Shown here: piece after piece, positions 1 to 9,258 of the stretch | Position numbering within the stretch: the stretch's first letter is position 1 | Layout of the letters: the number at the start of each line of letters is the position of its first letter | From: an uncultured Acidimicrobiia bacterium | GTDB taxonomy: Bacteria > Actinomycetota > Aquicultoria > CAJVYJ01 > JAUVQD01 | Direction of reading: 5' to 3' | NCBI GenBank assembly: GCA_964196305.1 | Contig: CAXMSJ010000078.1 | Span: 1 to 47,676 of the forward strand | Length of the DNA stretch: 47,676 nucleotides | Notes under the pieces: generated by a model | The model's input: the letters and a program-made list of their open reading frames with translations, nothing else | The model's database searches: none | What the model was told of the DNA's origin: nothing | Made by a program: the position numbers and the translations under genes

Positions 1-750
1 GCGAGACCAGTGGAAGACTGTTCCGACTACTTCGCGCTCGTAGGTCCAGAAAAGGTGCTTTGGCAGGGTAGAGGCAGCTCGTTCAATCGTGTTGTGCGGG
101 AGCATCTCGCCCGTCACTACTTCGGCTCCGAGCTGCCGCAACCTTTTGATCAGATTCATGCTGATGTATTTGTCGTAAATATTATAGGGATGACCAGCCA
201 CCCCAATCTTCAAGCCTCCGGCAACCGCCTGGGGCGGCTTTTTGCTGTCCAGGATATCGATCGTCGTCAGTCCCGAGGCGGTCTGGTCGTGAAATTCGTG
301 AAGCGCCCGAACGCCGGCTAGATATGCTTGGGCTATCTTGGTGCGACTATCTGTGAACTGCCTGCCAAGCTCTAGGACCGTGCGCAAATAATGGCGTGTT
401 CCCTCTTTCCAGTTGATAATCGGCTCGATCAGCGGCGGCAATGGGGCCTCAACTGCCTTGGCCATGTCCGGCAGACCGAGAAATTTGGGACAAGTGTACG
501 CTGATTTCTCCACCGCTATCATGCGCGGGACGAAAATGGCCTCGACCTTATCAGCCAATTCCAGAAGGTGACCATAGAACACCTTTACCGGCAAGCAGAG
601 CTCATTCTCAGCCTCGATGGAACCCCGGCTCAGAATTTTCTTAGTCGTATGGCCTGAAACGACCACCTCCGCGCCAAGCTGCGTGAAGAAGGTCTCCCAG
701 AGCGGAAAATACTTATAATAGAGAAGAGCTTGCGGATAACCGATTCTCAA
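1..750 (-). CDS. acyl-CoA dehydratase activase-related protein (DUF2229-type), N-terminal 250 codons; the gene runs off the left window edge
   Basis: My own translation of the reverse strand gives an open frame from TTG (750) to position 1. It reads (L/M)RIGYPQALLYYKYFPLWETFFTQLGAEVVVSG...ELCLPVKVFYGHLLELADKVEAIFVPRMIAVEKSAYTCPKFLGLPDM, which matches the conserved N-terminus of this family as I remember it. It is absent from the ORF track because no stop lies in the window. Confidence 0.6.
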   Translation of the reverse strand, partial: MRIGYPQALLYYKYFPLWETFFTQLGAEVVVSGHTTKKILSRGSIEAENELCLPVKVFYGHLLELADKVEAIFVPRMIAVEKSAYTCPKFLGLPDMAKAVEAPLPPLIEPIINWKEGTRHYLRTVLELGRQFTDSRTKIAQAYLAGVRALHEFHDQTASGLTTIDILDSKKPPQAVAGGLKIGVAGHPYNIYDKYISMNLIKRLRQLGAEVVTGEMLPHNTIERAASTLPKHLFWTYEREVVGTVFHWSR

Positions 751-910
751 TTTACCAACGCCACCACCTACGCGAACCTCTTGCCCGCGCTTTCTTTGCC
801 CGTATTGTCGCCATCACCTAGACTCGTTGTCAAATCCGAGGCGCGGGCAAGCTATTATATCTTATGAAGAGGTTTTACCAAACCATCAGCCTTGTTAAAC
901 TAATAGGGCG

Positions 911-1966
911 GTGAAAATTAAGACAAACAAGATAGTGATGATTCTCGGAGGCATTGGGGTATGCATCGCGGTTTTAGCGGCATCCGGATGCTCGCAGTCA
1001 CGTCTTCAGACCAAAGAGAAATGGCTGCTGGATACCGTGGTCACGGTGACAGTCGATAGTGATACAAAGAGCGCGGAGCAGATCGACAGCGATATCGACG
1101 AAGCGTTCAACCGCGCCAGTACGCTGGAGCAACGACTCGATCGCCACCATCCCGGCAGCGAGACGGAAGAACTCAACCGCATCCGCCAGATACACGCTTC
1201 CGAGGATCTGTGGGAGGCACTGCAGATCGGCAGCGAGGTCAATCAGCTGACTGACGGGGCGTTCGATCTGACTATCGGGTCAGTCACCGCGCTGTGGGAC
1301 TTTTCTGAAAACAAGAGTGTGCCGACTGAAAAAGCGCTGGACCGCGCGATGCGGGTCTTCCGCGGACCCCGAATGATTTTTGATCCCTCAGATAAGCGCC
1401 TCGTTCGGCTGAATGAACCAGATTTTGAGATTGATCTCGGCGGAATCACAAAAGGTCTAGCTATTGACCGAATGGCTGAAACTATGGCGACGCTTGGTCA
1501 CCGGAACACTTTAATCAATGCCGTCAGCAGCATCAGAGCCGTGGGACCCAAAGCCAATGGAGAGCCTTGGCGGATCGGCATCCGGTCGCCACGGCCGAAG
1601 GCTACTCCGGGACTGATCGCCATCATCGAACTAGATGAAGGGGCCGTCAGCACTACCGGAGACTACCAGCGGGTCAAGATCATCGATGGTCAACGGTATC
1701 ATCATGTGATCGACCCCAAAACAGGCCACCCCGCCCCCGGCTTCATGAGCGTCACTGTGGTCACCAAGAAAAGTGCGGCCTATGCCGATGCACTCTCGAC
1801 TGGTTTGGCCGTCATGGGACGAAAAAAAGCGCTGCGCTTAGTTGAAAAAACGACCGGCGTCGAAGCCATATTTGTTGATGCCAATGGAAGAACGTGGGTC
1901 TCAACGGGGCTTAAGAACCAGGTCCATGAGCTCCAGCGGCAGATCAAGCTTTTGCCTGCTTCTTGA
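911..1966 (+). CDS. apbE: ApbE-family FAD:protein FMN transferase, lipoprotein
   Basis: GTG start. Signal peptide with lipobox LAASGC. ApbE motifs DLGGITKGLAIDR, STTGDYQR and HHVIDPKTGHP. Confidence 0.85.
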   Translation: MKIKTNKIVMILGGIGVCIAVLAASGCSQSRLQTKEKWLLDTVVTVTVDSDTKSAEQIDSDIDEAFNRASTLEQRLDRHHPGSETEELNRIRQIHASEDLWEALQIGSEVNQLTDGAFDLTIGSVTALWDFSENKSVPTEKALDRAMRVFRGPRMIFDPSDKRLVRLNEPDFEIDLGGITKGLAIDRMAETMATLGHRNTLINAVSSIRAVGPKANGEPWRIGIRSPRPKATPGLIAIIELDEGAVSTTGDYQRVKIIDGQRYHHVIDPKTGHPAPGFMSVTVVTKKSAAYADALSTGLAVMGRKKALRLVEKTTGVEAIFVDANGRTWVSTGLKNQVHELQRQIKLLPAS

Positions 1967-1991
1967 CCCTGTTTGTGCCAAAATATATAAT
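1963..1991 (+). promoter_or_regulatory. sigma70-type promoter: -35 TTGACC (1963-1968), 17-nt spacer, -10 TATAAT (1986-1991)
   Basis: Read directly from the sequence. It sits about 40 nt upstream of the 57-aa ORF and its GAAAGGAG Shine-Dalgarno. The -35 overlaps the apbE stop codon. Confidence 0.5.
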
Positions 1992-2029
1992 TAAACTCAG
2001 TTCTTGACCAGCGAAGAAAGGAGTTCGGC

Positions 2030-2203
2030 ATGGCTGAATCCCTAGAAGGACGACTGAAGCATCTCCGGTCCGAACTGGAGGGCCTTAAAAAACTTTATAG
2101 CCAAGAAGAACGACCGGTAGCGATTGATATGGAGATCGAAATCCTACAAGAGCAGATCAGCTTCCTTGGCGAACCAGCGTGCGACCAAAAAGCGTCACAC
2201 TAA
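2030..2203 (+). CDS. hypothetical small protein, 57 aa, predicted coiled coil
   Basis: ATG at 2030 is preceded by GAAAGGAG (2016-2023) and by the consensus promoter above. Translation: [57 protein letters not shown]. It is below the ORF-track length cut-off. I recognise no family. Confidence 0.45.
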   Translation: MAESLEGRLKHLRSELEGLKKLYSQEERPVAIDMEIEILQEQISFLGEPACDQKASH

Positions 2204-2580
2204 GAGCCCTGGTCGGCCAAGTCGCCGACGACCGGCAAGTGGTAGCGTTCACCCCGATAAGCGCGGACCATCAATATGATCCAAACGACGAAAACAGCCA
2301 GGCTGATCAAAAACGATACCAGTGAGCCGAGCGCGCCCATAATGATATTCAAGCCAGGCACAGCGGTAAACAAAGCTAGAAACGCCCCGAGCCCACCGAG
2401 AACGACGAAAACGGCGATATTGAAGAGGATGGACTGTAGCGCATGAAAGCGGACGAAACGGTTCTCCCGCTCGATCAGATAGAAGATTAAGCCCGTGATC
2501 CAACCCAAGGAATATGATAAAGCCGCCGCGACGTTGGGGTCGAGCCCTGTCCCCCGAGGGCTATTGCTCACTGGTATCAC
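2200..2580 (-). CDS. DUF4870-family small membrane protein
   Basis: [33 protein letters not shown] followed by 2-3 TM helices. The start overlaps the clpB stop, so it is probably the last gene of the heat-shock operon. Confidence 0.75.
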   Translation of the reverse strand: MIPVSNSPRGTGLDPNVAAALSYSLGWITGLIFYLIERENRFVRFHALQSILFNIAVFVVLGGLGAFLALFTAVPGLNIIMGALGSLVSFLISLAVFVVWIILMVRAYRGERYHLPVVGDLADQGS

Positions 2581-5161
2581 CTGAAGTTATCTTGAAGGTT
2601 ACTTTTCCATCGTCCGCATCGGCCCAGACCACGCTGTCCGGCGGAACATCACCGTCGAGTACCCGTAACGCCAAAGGATCCTGTATCAAGCGCTGGATCA
2701 CCCGCTTCAGCGGTCTTGCCCCGTAGACAGGATCGAAACCCTCTAGAGCCAAGAGTTCCTTGCAAGCATCTGTTAGCTCGAGTCGGATCTTCTTGTCGGC
2801 CAGCCGGGTACTGAGCAGCTCTATCTGGATATCTACTATCTGCGCGATCTCCTCAATGGTCAAACCGTTAAAAATGACCGTCTCATCTATCCGATTGAGG
2901 AACTCGGGCCGGAACTGACTCCGGAGTGCATCGTTGATCTTCTGGTGCATCTCATCCTGCTTATCCGCCAACTCGTAGATCCATTGACTGCCAACATTTG
3001 AAGTCATAATGATAACAGTATTACGAAAATCGACTGTCCGGCCCTGACCGTCAGTCAACCGGCCATCGTCGAGGATTTGCAATAATAGATTGAAAACATC
3101 CGCATGGGCTTTCTCTATCTCATCCAGGAGTAGCACCGAATACGGGCGGCGGCGGATCGCTTCGGTCAGTTGCCCGCCTTCTTCGAAGCCGACATAACCG
3201 GGCGGCGCCCCGACCAACCGGGCGACAGAGTGTTTTTCCATATACTCGCTCATATCGATGCGGATCATGGCCCGCTCATCATCAAAGAGAAACTCCGCCA
3301 GAGCTTTGGCCAGCTCGGTCTTGCCGACACCGGTCGGGCCAAGAAAGATAAAAGAACCAATGGGGCGGTCAGGGTCGCCCAGACCGGCCCGAGCTCGCCG
3401 GATTGCGTTAGCCACTGCCTCCAGGGCTGGTTCCTGCCCGACCACCCGCTGCCTCAAGCGGGCCTCCATTTCCATCAGCTTGACGATCTCGCCTTCGATC
3501 AACCGGGTCACCGGGATACCGGTCCAGTTAGCAACAACATCGGCCACGTCATCCGCATCTACTTCTTCTTTAAGCATCTGCTGGTCAGCCTGGAGTCGTC
3601 GCAGATTCTCATTCTCGACCTCGAAATCTTTCTCCAGTTCGAGCAGATCGCTATAGCGAAGCTTGGCCGCTTTAGCCAGATCGCCATCCCTCTCAGCCTG
3701 GTGCTCCTCGAGCTTGGCGGCCTCTATTTTCTCCTTCAACGCAGAGATCTTCTCTATAGCTCCCTTTTCGCTTTGCCACTGCACCTTCATTACGTTCTGA
3801 TGTTCGGCCAGCTCCGAGAGGTCCGCTTCAATCTTCTGCAGGCGCTCTTTGGAGCTCTCGTCGGTCTCCTTGGCCAGAGCAGTCTTTTCTATCTCCAGCT
3901 GGATAATCCGCCGATCCACCTCGTCTATCTCGGTCGGCATGCTGTCGATCTCTATCCTCAACCGGGAAGCAGCCTCATCGATCAAGTCTATCGCCTTGTC
4001 CGGCAGGAACCGGTCTGCAATATAACGATCCGATAATGTAGCTGCCGAAAGTAGCGCAGCATCGGTGATCCTTATCCCATGGTAGACTTCATAACGCTCT
4101 TTCAGGCCACGCAGAATGGCCACAGTATCTTCGACAGACGGCTCTCTAACTAATATTGGTTGGAACCGTCGTTCGAAAGCCGCATCTTTTTCAATATGTT
4201 TCCGATATTCATCTAGGGTCGTCGCCCCCACAGCTCTTAATTCACCGCGCGCTAACGCCGGTTTCAGCATGTTTGAAGCGTCAATGGCACCCTCGGCGCC
4301 CCCGGCCCCGACGATAGTGTGCATCTCATCGATGAATAGGACTATACGACCGGCCGCCGCCGTCACTTCCTTAAGTACCGCCTTGAGCCGATCCTCGAAC
4401 TCACCACGAAATTTCGCCCCGGCCACCAGAGCGCCGACATCAAGCGAGATGACTTTCTTGCCTTTAAGGCCTTCCGGGACATCGCCACTGACGATCCTTT
4501 GCGCCAGCCCCTCGATAATGGCCGTCTTTCCGACACCCGGCTCCCCGATCAAAACAGGATTGTTCTTGGTCCGCCGCGACAAGACCTGAATGACCCGACG
4601 GATCTCATTGTCCCGCCCGATCACCGGATCGAGCTTGCCCTGCTCGGCCAAGAGCGTGAAGTCGCGACCATACTTTTCCAGCGCTTGATACTTCTCTTCC
4701 GGATTCTGATCGGTAACCCGCTGCGACCCGCGAATGGAAACCAGGGTGTTGTATATCTCCTGTTTGGTAACTCCGGCGACGTTCAACAACTCCGCTGCCC
4801 GGTCGTCGCCTTCGGCTACGGAGATAAACAGATGCTCCGTGCTGACATATTCGTCTTTCAATTGTTCCGCTTCTTTGGTCGCTGTCTGCACCAGTTTGGT
4901 AAAACCAGATCCAGCGTAAGGAGGAGTGTTGGCGCCGGTTACCTTGGGCAGCTTGCGCAAGTCGATCTCAACTTTTTCACTAATGGCGCCAGGGTCGGCA
5001 CCGATCTTCAAAATGATCCGCGAGGCCAGTCCTTTGTCTTGACGAAGAAGAGCTAAGAGCAGGTGGAGTGGTTCCAGTTGCTGGTGGTCGAACTCCTGGG
5101 CGATCGTCTGCGCGCCCCCCAGAGCCTCCTGCGCCTTAATGGTCATTTTCTCTAGATTCAT
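2561..5161 (-). CDS. clpB: ATP-dependent chaperone/disaggregase ClpB
   Basis: 866 aa. Two AAA+ modules ([16 protein letters not shown]), a long coiled-coil middle domain and a Clp_N repeat. An ATGA overlap joins it to the hspR stop. Confidence 0.97.
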   Translation of the reverse strand: MNLEKMTIKAQEALGGAQTIAQEFDHQQLEPLHLLLALLRQDKGLASRIILKIGADPGAISEKVEIDLRKLPKVTGANTPPYAGSGFTKLVQTATKEAEQLKDEYVSTEHLFISVAEGDDRAAELLNVAGVTKQEIYNTLVSIRGSQRVTDQNPEEKYQALEKYGRDFTLLAEQGKLDPVIGRDNEIRRVIQVLSRRTKNNPVLIGEPGVGKTAIIEGLAQRIVSGDVPEGLKGKKVISLDVGALVAGAKFRGEFEDRLKAVLKEVTAAAGRIVLFIDEMHTIVGAGGAEGAIDASNMLKPALARGELRAVGATTLDEYRKHIEKDAAFERRFQPILVREPSVEDTVAILRGLKERYEVYHGIRITDAALLSAATLSDRYIADRFLPDKAIDLIDEAASRLRIEIDSMPTEIDEVDRRIIQLEIEKTALAKETDESSKERLQKIEADLSELAEHQNVMKVQWQSEKGAIEKISALKEKIEAAKLEEHQAERDGDLAKAAKLRYSDLLELEKDFEVENENLRRLQADQQMLKEEVDADDVADVVANWTGIPVTRLIEGEIVKLMEMEARLRQRVVGQEPALEAVANAIRRARAGLGDPDRPIGSFIFLGPTGVGKTELAKALAEFLFDDERAMIRIDMSEYMEKHSVARLVGAPPGYVGFEEGGQLTEAIRRRPYSVLLLDEIEKAHADVFNLLLQILDDGRLTDGQGRTVDFRNTVIIMTSNVGSQWIYELADKQDEMHQKINDALRSQFRPEFLNRIDETVIFNGLTIEEIAQIVDIQIELLSTRLADKKIRLELTDACKELLALEGFDPVYGARPLKRVIQRLIQDPLALRVLDGDVPPDSVVWADADDGKVTFKITSGDTSEQ

Positions 5162-5580
5162 GCTCCACCACCCCGCCTGACTATCCTTGCCAATTGCCGC
5201 GCCTTCGGCACTAAGACCAGCTCGTACCGGCGGCGCTTGGCTGAGCGACTGACCTCGATCTCCAAGCGCTCCGTCGTCTCGACTATCTCTGTCTCCATGC
5301 CAACTACTGTCCGCTCGATACGCTCAAGGCGGGTCTGAAGGTCCATGATGATCTTGACTCCCGCCAGATTTACTCCCTCGTCTTGGGTCAATTGCTGTAT
5401 ATATTTTAGACGTTCAATATCGCGCTCGGAATAGAGCCGCGTGCTCTTGGCGGTGCGACCGGGTCTGACTAGTTTTTTCCGCTCATAAATGCGCAAGGTC
5501 TGGGGGTGCATCCCGATCATCTCGGCCGCTACACTAATCATATAAACCGGCTTCTCGTCACTCTTGTTTCTCTCTGTCAT
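5158..5580 (-). CDS. hspR: MerR-family heat-shock repressor HspR
   Basis: MerR HTH ([50 protein letters not shown]). Position immediately after dnaJ. Confidence 0.9.
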   Translation of the reverse strand: MTERNKSDEKPVYMISVAAEMIGMHPQTLRIYERKKLVRPGRTAKSTRLYSERDIERLKYIQQLTQDEGVNLAGVKIIMDLQTRLERIERTVVGMETEIVETTERLEIEVSRSAKRRRYELVLVPKARQLARIVRRGGGA

Positions 5581-5590
5581 CTTCGCTACC

Positions 5591-6712
5591 TCAACGCTCC
5601 TGGGCCTGCGCCATCACAGCTGCCCGGGGGTCACTATCCATCTTCTCAGCGAACCGGGCCAGTAGTTCTCTTTCCGCCGGCTCTAGCTGCTTTGGTACCT
5701 CTACATGGACTTTTACCATCATATCGCCAAAACCGCCGCCGCGACTCTTCTTAAATCCCTTGCCCTTGACCCTGAAGGTCTGGCCGCTCTGGGTTCCTGG
5801 TGGAATCTTTAGGCTGACCTTCCCGCCGACAGTAGGTACTTTGACTGTCGCCCCCAGGGCCGCTTCAGTAAAGGCCAGCGGCACTTCGATGTGCAAGTTG
5901 TTCCCAGCCCGCCTAAAGAGACCGTGTTCGCCAACCTTGATGATAATAAAAAGATCTCCGGCCGGAGATCCCCGGTGACCAGCCTGTCCAAGATCTCGAT
6001 ATTTCAGTTTTCCGCCGTCTTTGATACCGGCCGGGATCTTAACAGTCACCGTCTTCTCTTCCGGTAACGTTCCGGCTCCGCCGCAGGTCCGGCAACTCTC
6101 CTTGACGACCCGGCCCTCTCCGCCACAAGTAGGACAGGCCTGGTTAACGCTGAAGAACCCCTGATTCTGGGCGATCGTCCCCCGCCCGCCACAAGTCTCA
6201 CAAGTAGCTAACTGCGAACCAGGCTTGGCGCCACTGCCCGAGCAGGTCGAACACGTCCGCCGCCGGTTTATCTTGATCCGCTTAGTAGTGCCCTTAAAAG
6301 CCTCTTGGAATCCCAGCGTGATCGTGTAATAAAGGTCGTCTCCCTTGGCCGGGCCAGCGCCCCCAAACACGTCGCCAAAGACAGACCCGAAGCCACCGCC
6401 GCCGCGAGTAAAAATATCCTGCCAGCCAGCGCCGCCGGGGCTACCGCCACCCGTCCATCCGCCGGCTCCGGGACCACCAGCAGCGAAGTACTCTCGCTGC
6501 TGGTCATATTCAGTCCGTTTCTGGTCATCCCCCAGCACATCGTAAGCTTCAGAGACATCCTTAAATCGCTCTTCTGCGGTCGCATCGTTAAGGTTGGCAT
6601 CCGGATGATGCTCTCGCGCTAGTTTTCGATAGGCTTTTTTGATCTCTTTACGATCGGCGTTCTTGCCGACGCCGAGCACTTTGTAATAGTCTTTGATTTT
6701 TCCAGCGCTCAC
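5591..6712 (-). CDS. dnaJ: co-chaperone DnaJ
   Basis: J domain with HPD, a Gly-rich linker, four CxxCxGxG zinc-finger repeats and a C-terminal substrate-binding domain. Confidence 0.97.
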   Translation of the reverse strand: MSAGKIKDYYKVLGVGKNADRKEIKKAYRKLAREHHPDANLNDATAEERFKDVSEAYDVLGDDQKRTEYDQQREYFAAGGPGAGGWTGGGSPGGAGWQDIFTRGGGGFGSVFGDVFGGAGPAKGDDLYYTITLGFQEAFKGTTKRIKINRRRTCSTCSGSGAKPGSQLATCETCGGRGTIAQNQGFFSVNQACPTCGGEGRVVKESCRTCGGAGTLPEEKTVTVKIPAGIKDGGKLKYRDLGQAGHRGSPAGDLFIIIKVGEHGLFRRAGNNLHIEVPLAFTEAALGATVKVPTVGGKVSLKIPPGTQSGQTFRVKGKGFKKSRGGGFGDMMVKVHVEVPKQLEPAERELLARFAEKMDSDPRAAVMAQAQER

Positions 6713-6721
6713 TGCAACCAG

Positions 6722-7258
6722 CTACTTCGCGACAGTGACCTTCGCATGCCGTATGATCCGGTCTTGAAGGACATAGCCCTTCTCAACCACTCTGACCACT
6801 GTGCCCTCGGCATGTTCATCGCTGTCTTCCTGCATGATTGCCTCATGCCGAGCGGGATCGAAAACCTGACCGACCGGCTCCAAGATCGACAGCCCCTCCT
6901 TGGACAACACTTCAAAAAGTTGCGCGTAAACCAGCTTTAAGCCTTTCTTGAACTCATCTAGTTGCTCGCCCTGGATCTCGTGATCAAGAGCCCGCTCGAA
7001 ATTATCGATAATCGGCAGTAGGCCGACAATCACTCCTTGCGAAGCGAACTTCAGCACCTCGCCCTGCTCGCGAATCATCCGTTTCCGGAAGTTCTCGAAC
7101 TCCGCTTTTAACCTTTGCAGTCTGTCGAGATAATCAGCCGCTTCGGCTCGGGCGACTTCAAGGTCTGTCTTGGCCTTATCAACCTCAGAATCTAGCTCCT
7201 CGGGGGACTCCAGTTCTTGGTCGTTATCAGCTTCTTCAGGTTTCTCTTTATCAGTCAA
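6722..7258 (-). CDS. grpE: nucleotide exchange factor GrpE
   Basis: GrpE core (LQRLKAEFENFRKR...; HEAI...). I place the start at TTG 7258, which lies 6 nt downstream of GGAGGAG (7265-7271) and 20 nt after the dnaK stop. The open frame extends to 7402, but that extension overlaps dnaK by 125 nt. Confidence 0.9.
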   Translation of the reverse strand: MTDKEKPEEADNDQELESPEELDSEVDKAKTDLEVARAEAADYLDRLQRLKAEFENFRKRMIREQGEVLKFASQGVIVGLLPIIDNFERALDHEIQGEQLDEFKKGLKLVYAQLFEVLSKEGLSILEPVGQVFDPARHEAIMQEDSDEHAEGTVVRVVEKGYVLQDRIIRHAKVTVAK

Positions 7259-7277
7259 CGGCTTCTCCTCCGCACGC

Positions 7278-9116
7278 TTACTGCGCTTCTTCCTCGTCAA
7301 CAACCTCTGCGTCGATGACTTCCCCGTCCTGGACGTCTTCCGCGCTTTCCTGTCCCTCTTTCGCCCCAGCCTCTTGGGCCTCCTGGGCCTCCTGATAGAC
7401 AATCTCAGACAGCTTATTTGAGACTTCTGTCAGTTTCTCCGTCGACGATTTGATTTTTTCAACATCTTCACCCTTGAGGGCCTCTTTGGCCTCATTCAAA
7501 GCCTCATCGATATTGCCGTGATCTTCTTCGCTTACTTTATCGCCCAGATCAGTAAGTGTCTTCTCGGTGGAATAAATCAGACTATCGGCTGCATTCCGCG
7601 CTTCGGCGGCTTCCTTGCGCTTGGAATCCTCTTCCGCGTGCGATTCAGCTTCTTCGACCATCCGATTGATCTCATCGCCATCGAGAGTTGTGCTCGCCGT
7701 AATGGTTATCTTCTGCTCTTGACCCGTCCCTAAATCTTTAGCGGAGACGTTAACAATGCCGTTGGCATCGATATCAAAGGCCACCTCGACCTGCGGGGTA
7801 CCCCTGGGGGCCGACGCTATGCCGATCAAGTGGAAGCGTCCCAGCGTCTTGTTGTACGTGGCCATCTCGCGCTCGCCCTGCAATACATGGACCTCGACCT
7901 GTGTCTGGCTGTCCTCGGCCGTGGTAAATATCTCGCTGCGCTTCGTCGGGATTGTAGTGTTCCGCTCGATCAGCTTGGTGAAAACACCACCCTTGGTCTC
8001 AATACCAAGAGACAGCGGCGTCACATCGAGCAACAAGATGTCTTTGATTTCGCCCACCAGGACTCCCGCCTGGACCGCCGCACCGACAGAGACAACTTCA
8101 TCGGGATTGACGCCCTTGTGGGGGTCTTTGCCAGTGATCGTTTTGACCATCTCGGTCACAGCCGGCATACGCGTCGAGCCACCCACTAAAATGACATGGT
8201 CTAAGTCTTGACCACTAACCCCTGCATCCTTCATGGCGCGTTCGACCGGGCCACGGCAATTTTCAAGTAGATCGGCGGTCATCTTCTGGAACTCAGAACG
8301 CGACAATGACATCTCGAGGTGTTTTGGGCCATTCTGATCGGCGGTCACGAACGGCAGATTGACCGACGCTTCGAGAGTGCTGGACAGCTCTACCTTGGCT
8401 TTCTCGGCCGCCTCTTTGAGACGCTGCAGGGCCATCTTGTCCTCTCGGAGGTCGATACCATTCTTGGCCTTGAAATCTTCCGCCATCCAGTCTATAACCC
8501 GCTGGTCGAAATCGTCCCCACCCAGATGATTGTTGCCGCTGGTCGCTTTGACCTCAAATACCCCGTCGCCGATCTCTAGAACGGAGACATCGAACGTGCC
8601 ACCGCCCAGATCAAAGACAAGGATTGTCTGATCGTGCTCTTTGTCTAACCCATAAGCTAACGCTGCGGCAGTCGGCTCATTGATAATGCGTAAGACCTCC
8701 AGGCCGGCTATCTTCCCGGCGTCCTTGGTTGCCTGGCGCTGCTGGTCTTCAAAGTAGGCGGGGACAGTGATCACCGCTTGGGTGATCGTCTCGCCCAGAT
8801 AGGCTTCCGCGTCCCGCTTCAGCTTTTGCAGCGTCTTAGCGGAAATCTCCTGAGGGGTGTATTCCTTGTCGTCTATCTTTACCTTGTGTTCCGTGCCCAT
8901 CTCGCGCTTGATGGAAGAAATCGTCCGATCTGGATTAGTGATCCCCTGTCTCTTCGCCACCTCACCGACAAGTACCTCGCCGGTCTTGGAGAACGCCACA
9001 ACCGACGGGGTCACCCGACTACCTTCGGCGTTGGGGATAACTGTTGGCTCCCCACCTTCGAGAACCGCTACCGCCGAGTTGGTGGTACCGAGGTCGATAC
9101 CTAAAGCTTTTGCCAT
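7278..9116 (-). CDS. dnaK: chaperone DnaK (Hsp70)
   Basis: 612 aa. [17 protein letters not shown] and the other Hsp70 signatures. AAGGAG Shine-Dalgarno upstream. Confidence 0.98.
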   Translation of the reverse strand: MAKALGIDLGTTNSAVAVLEGGEPTVIPNAEGSRVTPSVVAFSKTGEVLVGEVAKRQGITNPDRTISSIKREMGTEHKVKIDDKEYTPQEISAKTLQKLKRDAEAYLGETITQAVITVPAYFEDQQRQATKDAGKIAGLEVLRIINEPTAAALAYGLDKEHDQTILVFDLGGGTFDVSVLEIGDGVFEVKATSGNNHLGGDDFDQRVIDWMAEDFKAKNGIDLREDKMALQRLKEAAEKAKVELSSTLEASVNLPFVTADQNGPKHLEMSLSRSEFQKMTADLLENCRGPVERAMKDAGVSGQDLDHVILVGGSTRMPAVTEMVKTITGKDPHKGVNPDEVVSVGAAVQAGVLVGEIKDILLLDVTPLSLGIETKGGVFTKLIERNTTIPTKRSEIFTTAEDSQTQVEVHVLQGEREMATYNKTLGRFHLIGIASAPRGTPQVEVAFDIDANGIVNVSAKDLGTGQEQKITITASTTLDGDEINRMVEEAESHAEEDSKRKEAAEARNAADSLIYSTEKTLTDLGDKVSEEDHGNIDEALNEAKEALKGEDVEKIKSSTEKLTEVSNKLSEIVYQEAQEAQEAGAKEGQESAEDVQDGEVIDAEVVDEEEAQ

Positions 9117-9159
9117 ATCAAATCACTCCTTCTCAAATTACATAAATCTGACACATGCC

Positions 9160-9190
9160 ATTATAGGATATCTTAGTGCCACGTTGTCAA
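9160..9190 (-). promoter_or_regulatory. dnaK operon promoter: -35 TTGACA (9185-9190), -10 TATAAT (9160-9165), 19-nt spacer; overlapped by a weak HAIR-like element
   Basis: The minus strand reads aaaCTTGACAacgtggcACTAAGAtatccTATAATggc. Both hexamers are perfect; the spacer is long. CTTGACA-N7-ACTAAGA matches the HspR HAIR consensus CTTGAGT-N7-ACTCAAG at only about 9 of 14 positions. Confidence 0.5.
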
Positions 9191-9258
9191 GTTTATTGCG
9201 ACAAAAGAACTCACCGTTATTCTACCCAGTTGGGAGGAGGACAAACTAAGGGGTGAAG

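Noticed and set aside
10-321. 103-aa + strand ORF at the left edge
   Set aside because: It lies antisense to a much better-supported minus-strand frame (DUF2229-type protein, open from 750 to 1 with recognisable family motifs). It has no recognisable motifs of its own.
3170-4036. 288-aa + strand ORF (and neighbours at 3258-3656, 4116-4589, 4499-5056) inside clpB
   Set aside because: These are antisense frames of a very well-supported clpB gene. Their Arg/Ser/Pro-rich, low-complexity composition is typical of spurious ORFs in GC-rich coding DNA.
6345-6545. Pro-rich 66-aa + strand ORF (MAGPAPPNTSPKTDPKPPPP...)
   Set aside because: It is the antisense reading of the Gly-rich linker of dnaJ, so it is a compositional artefact.
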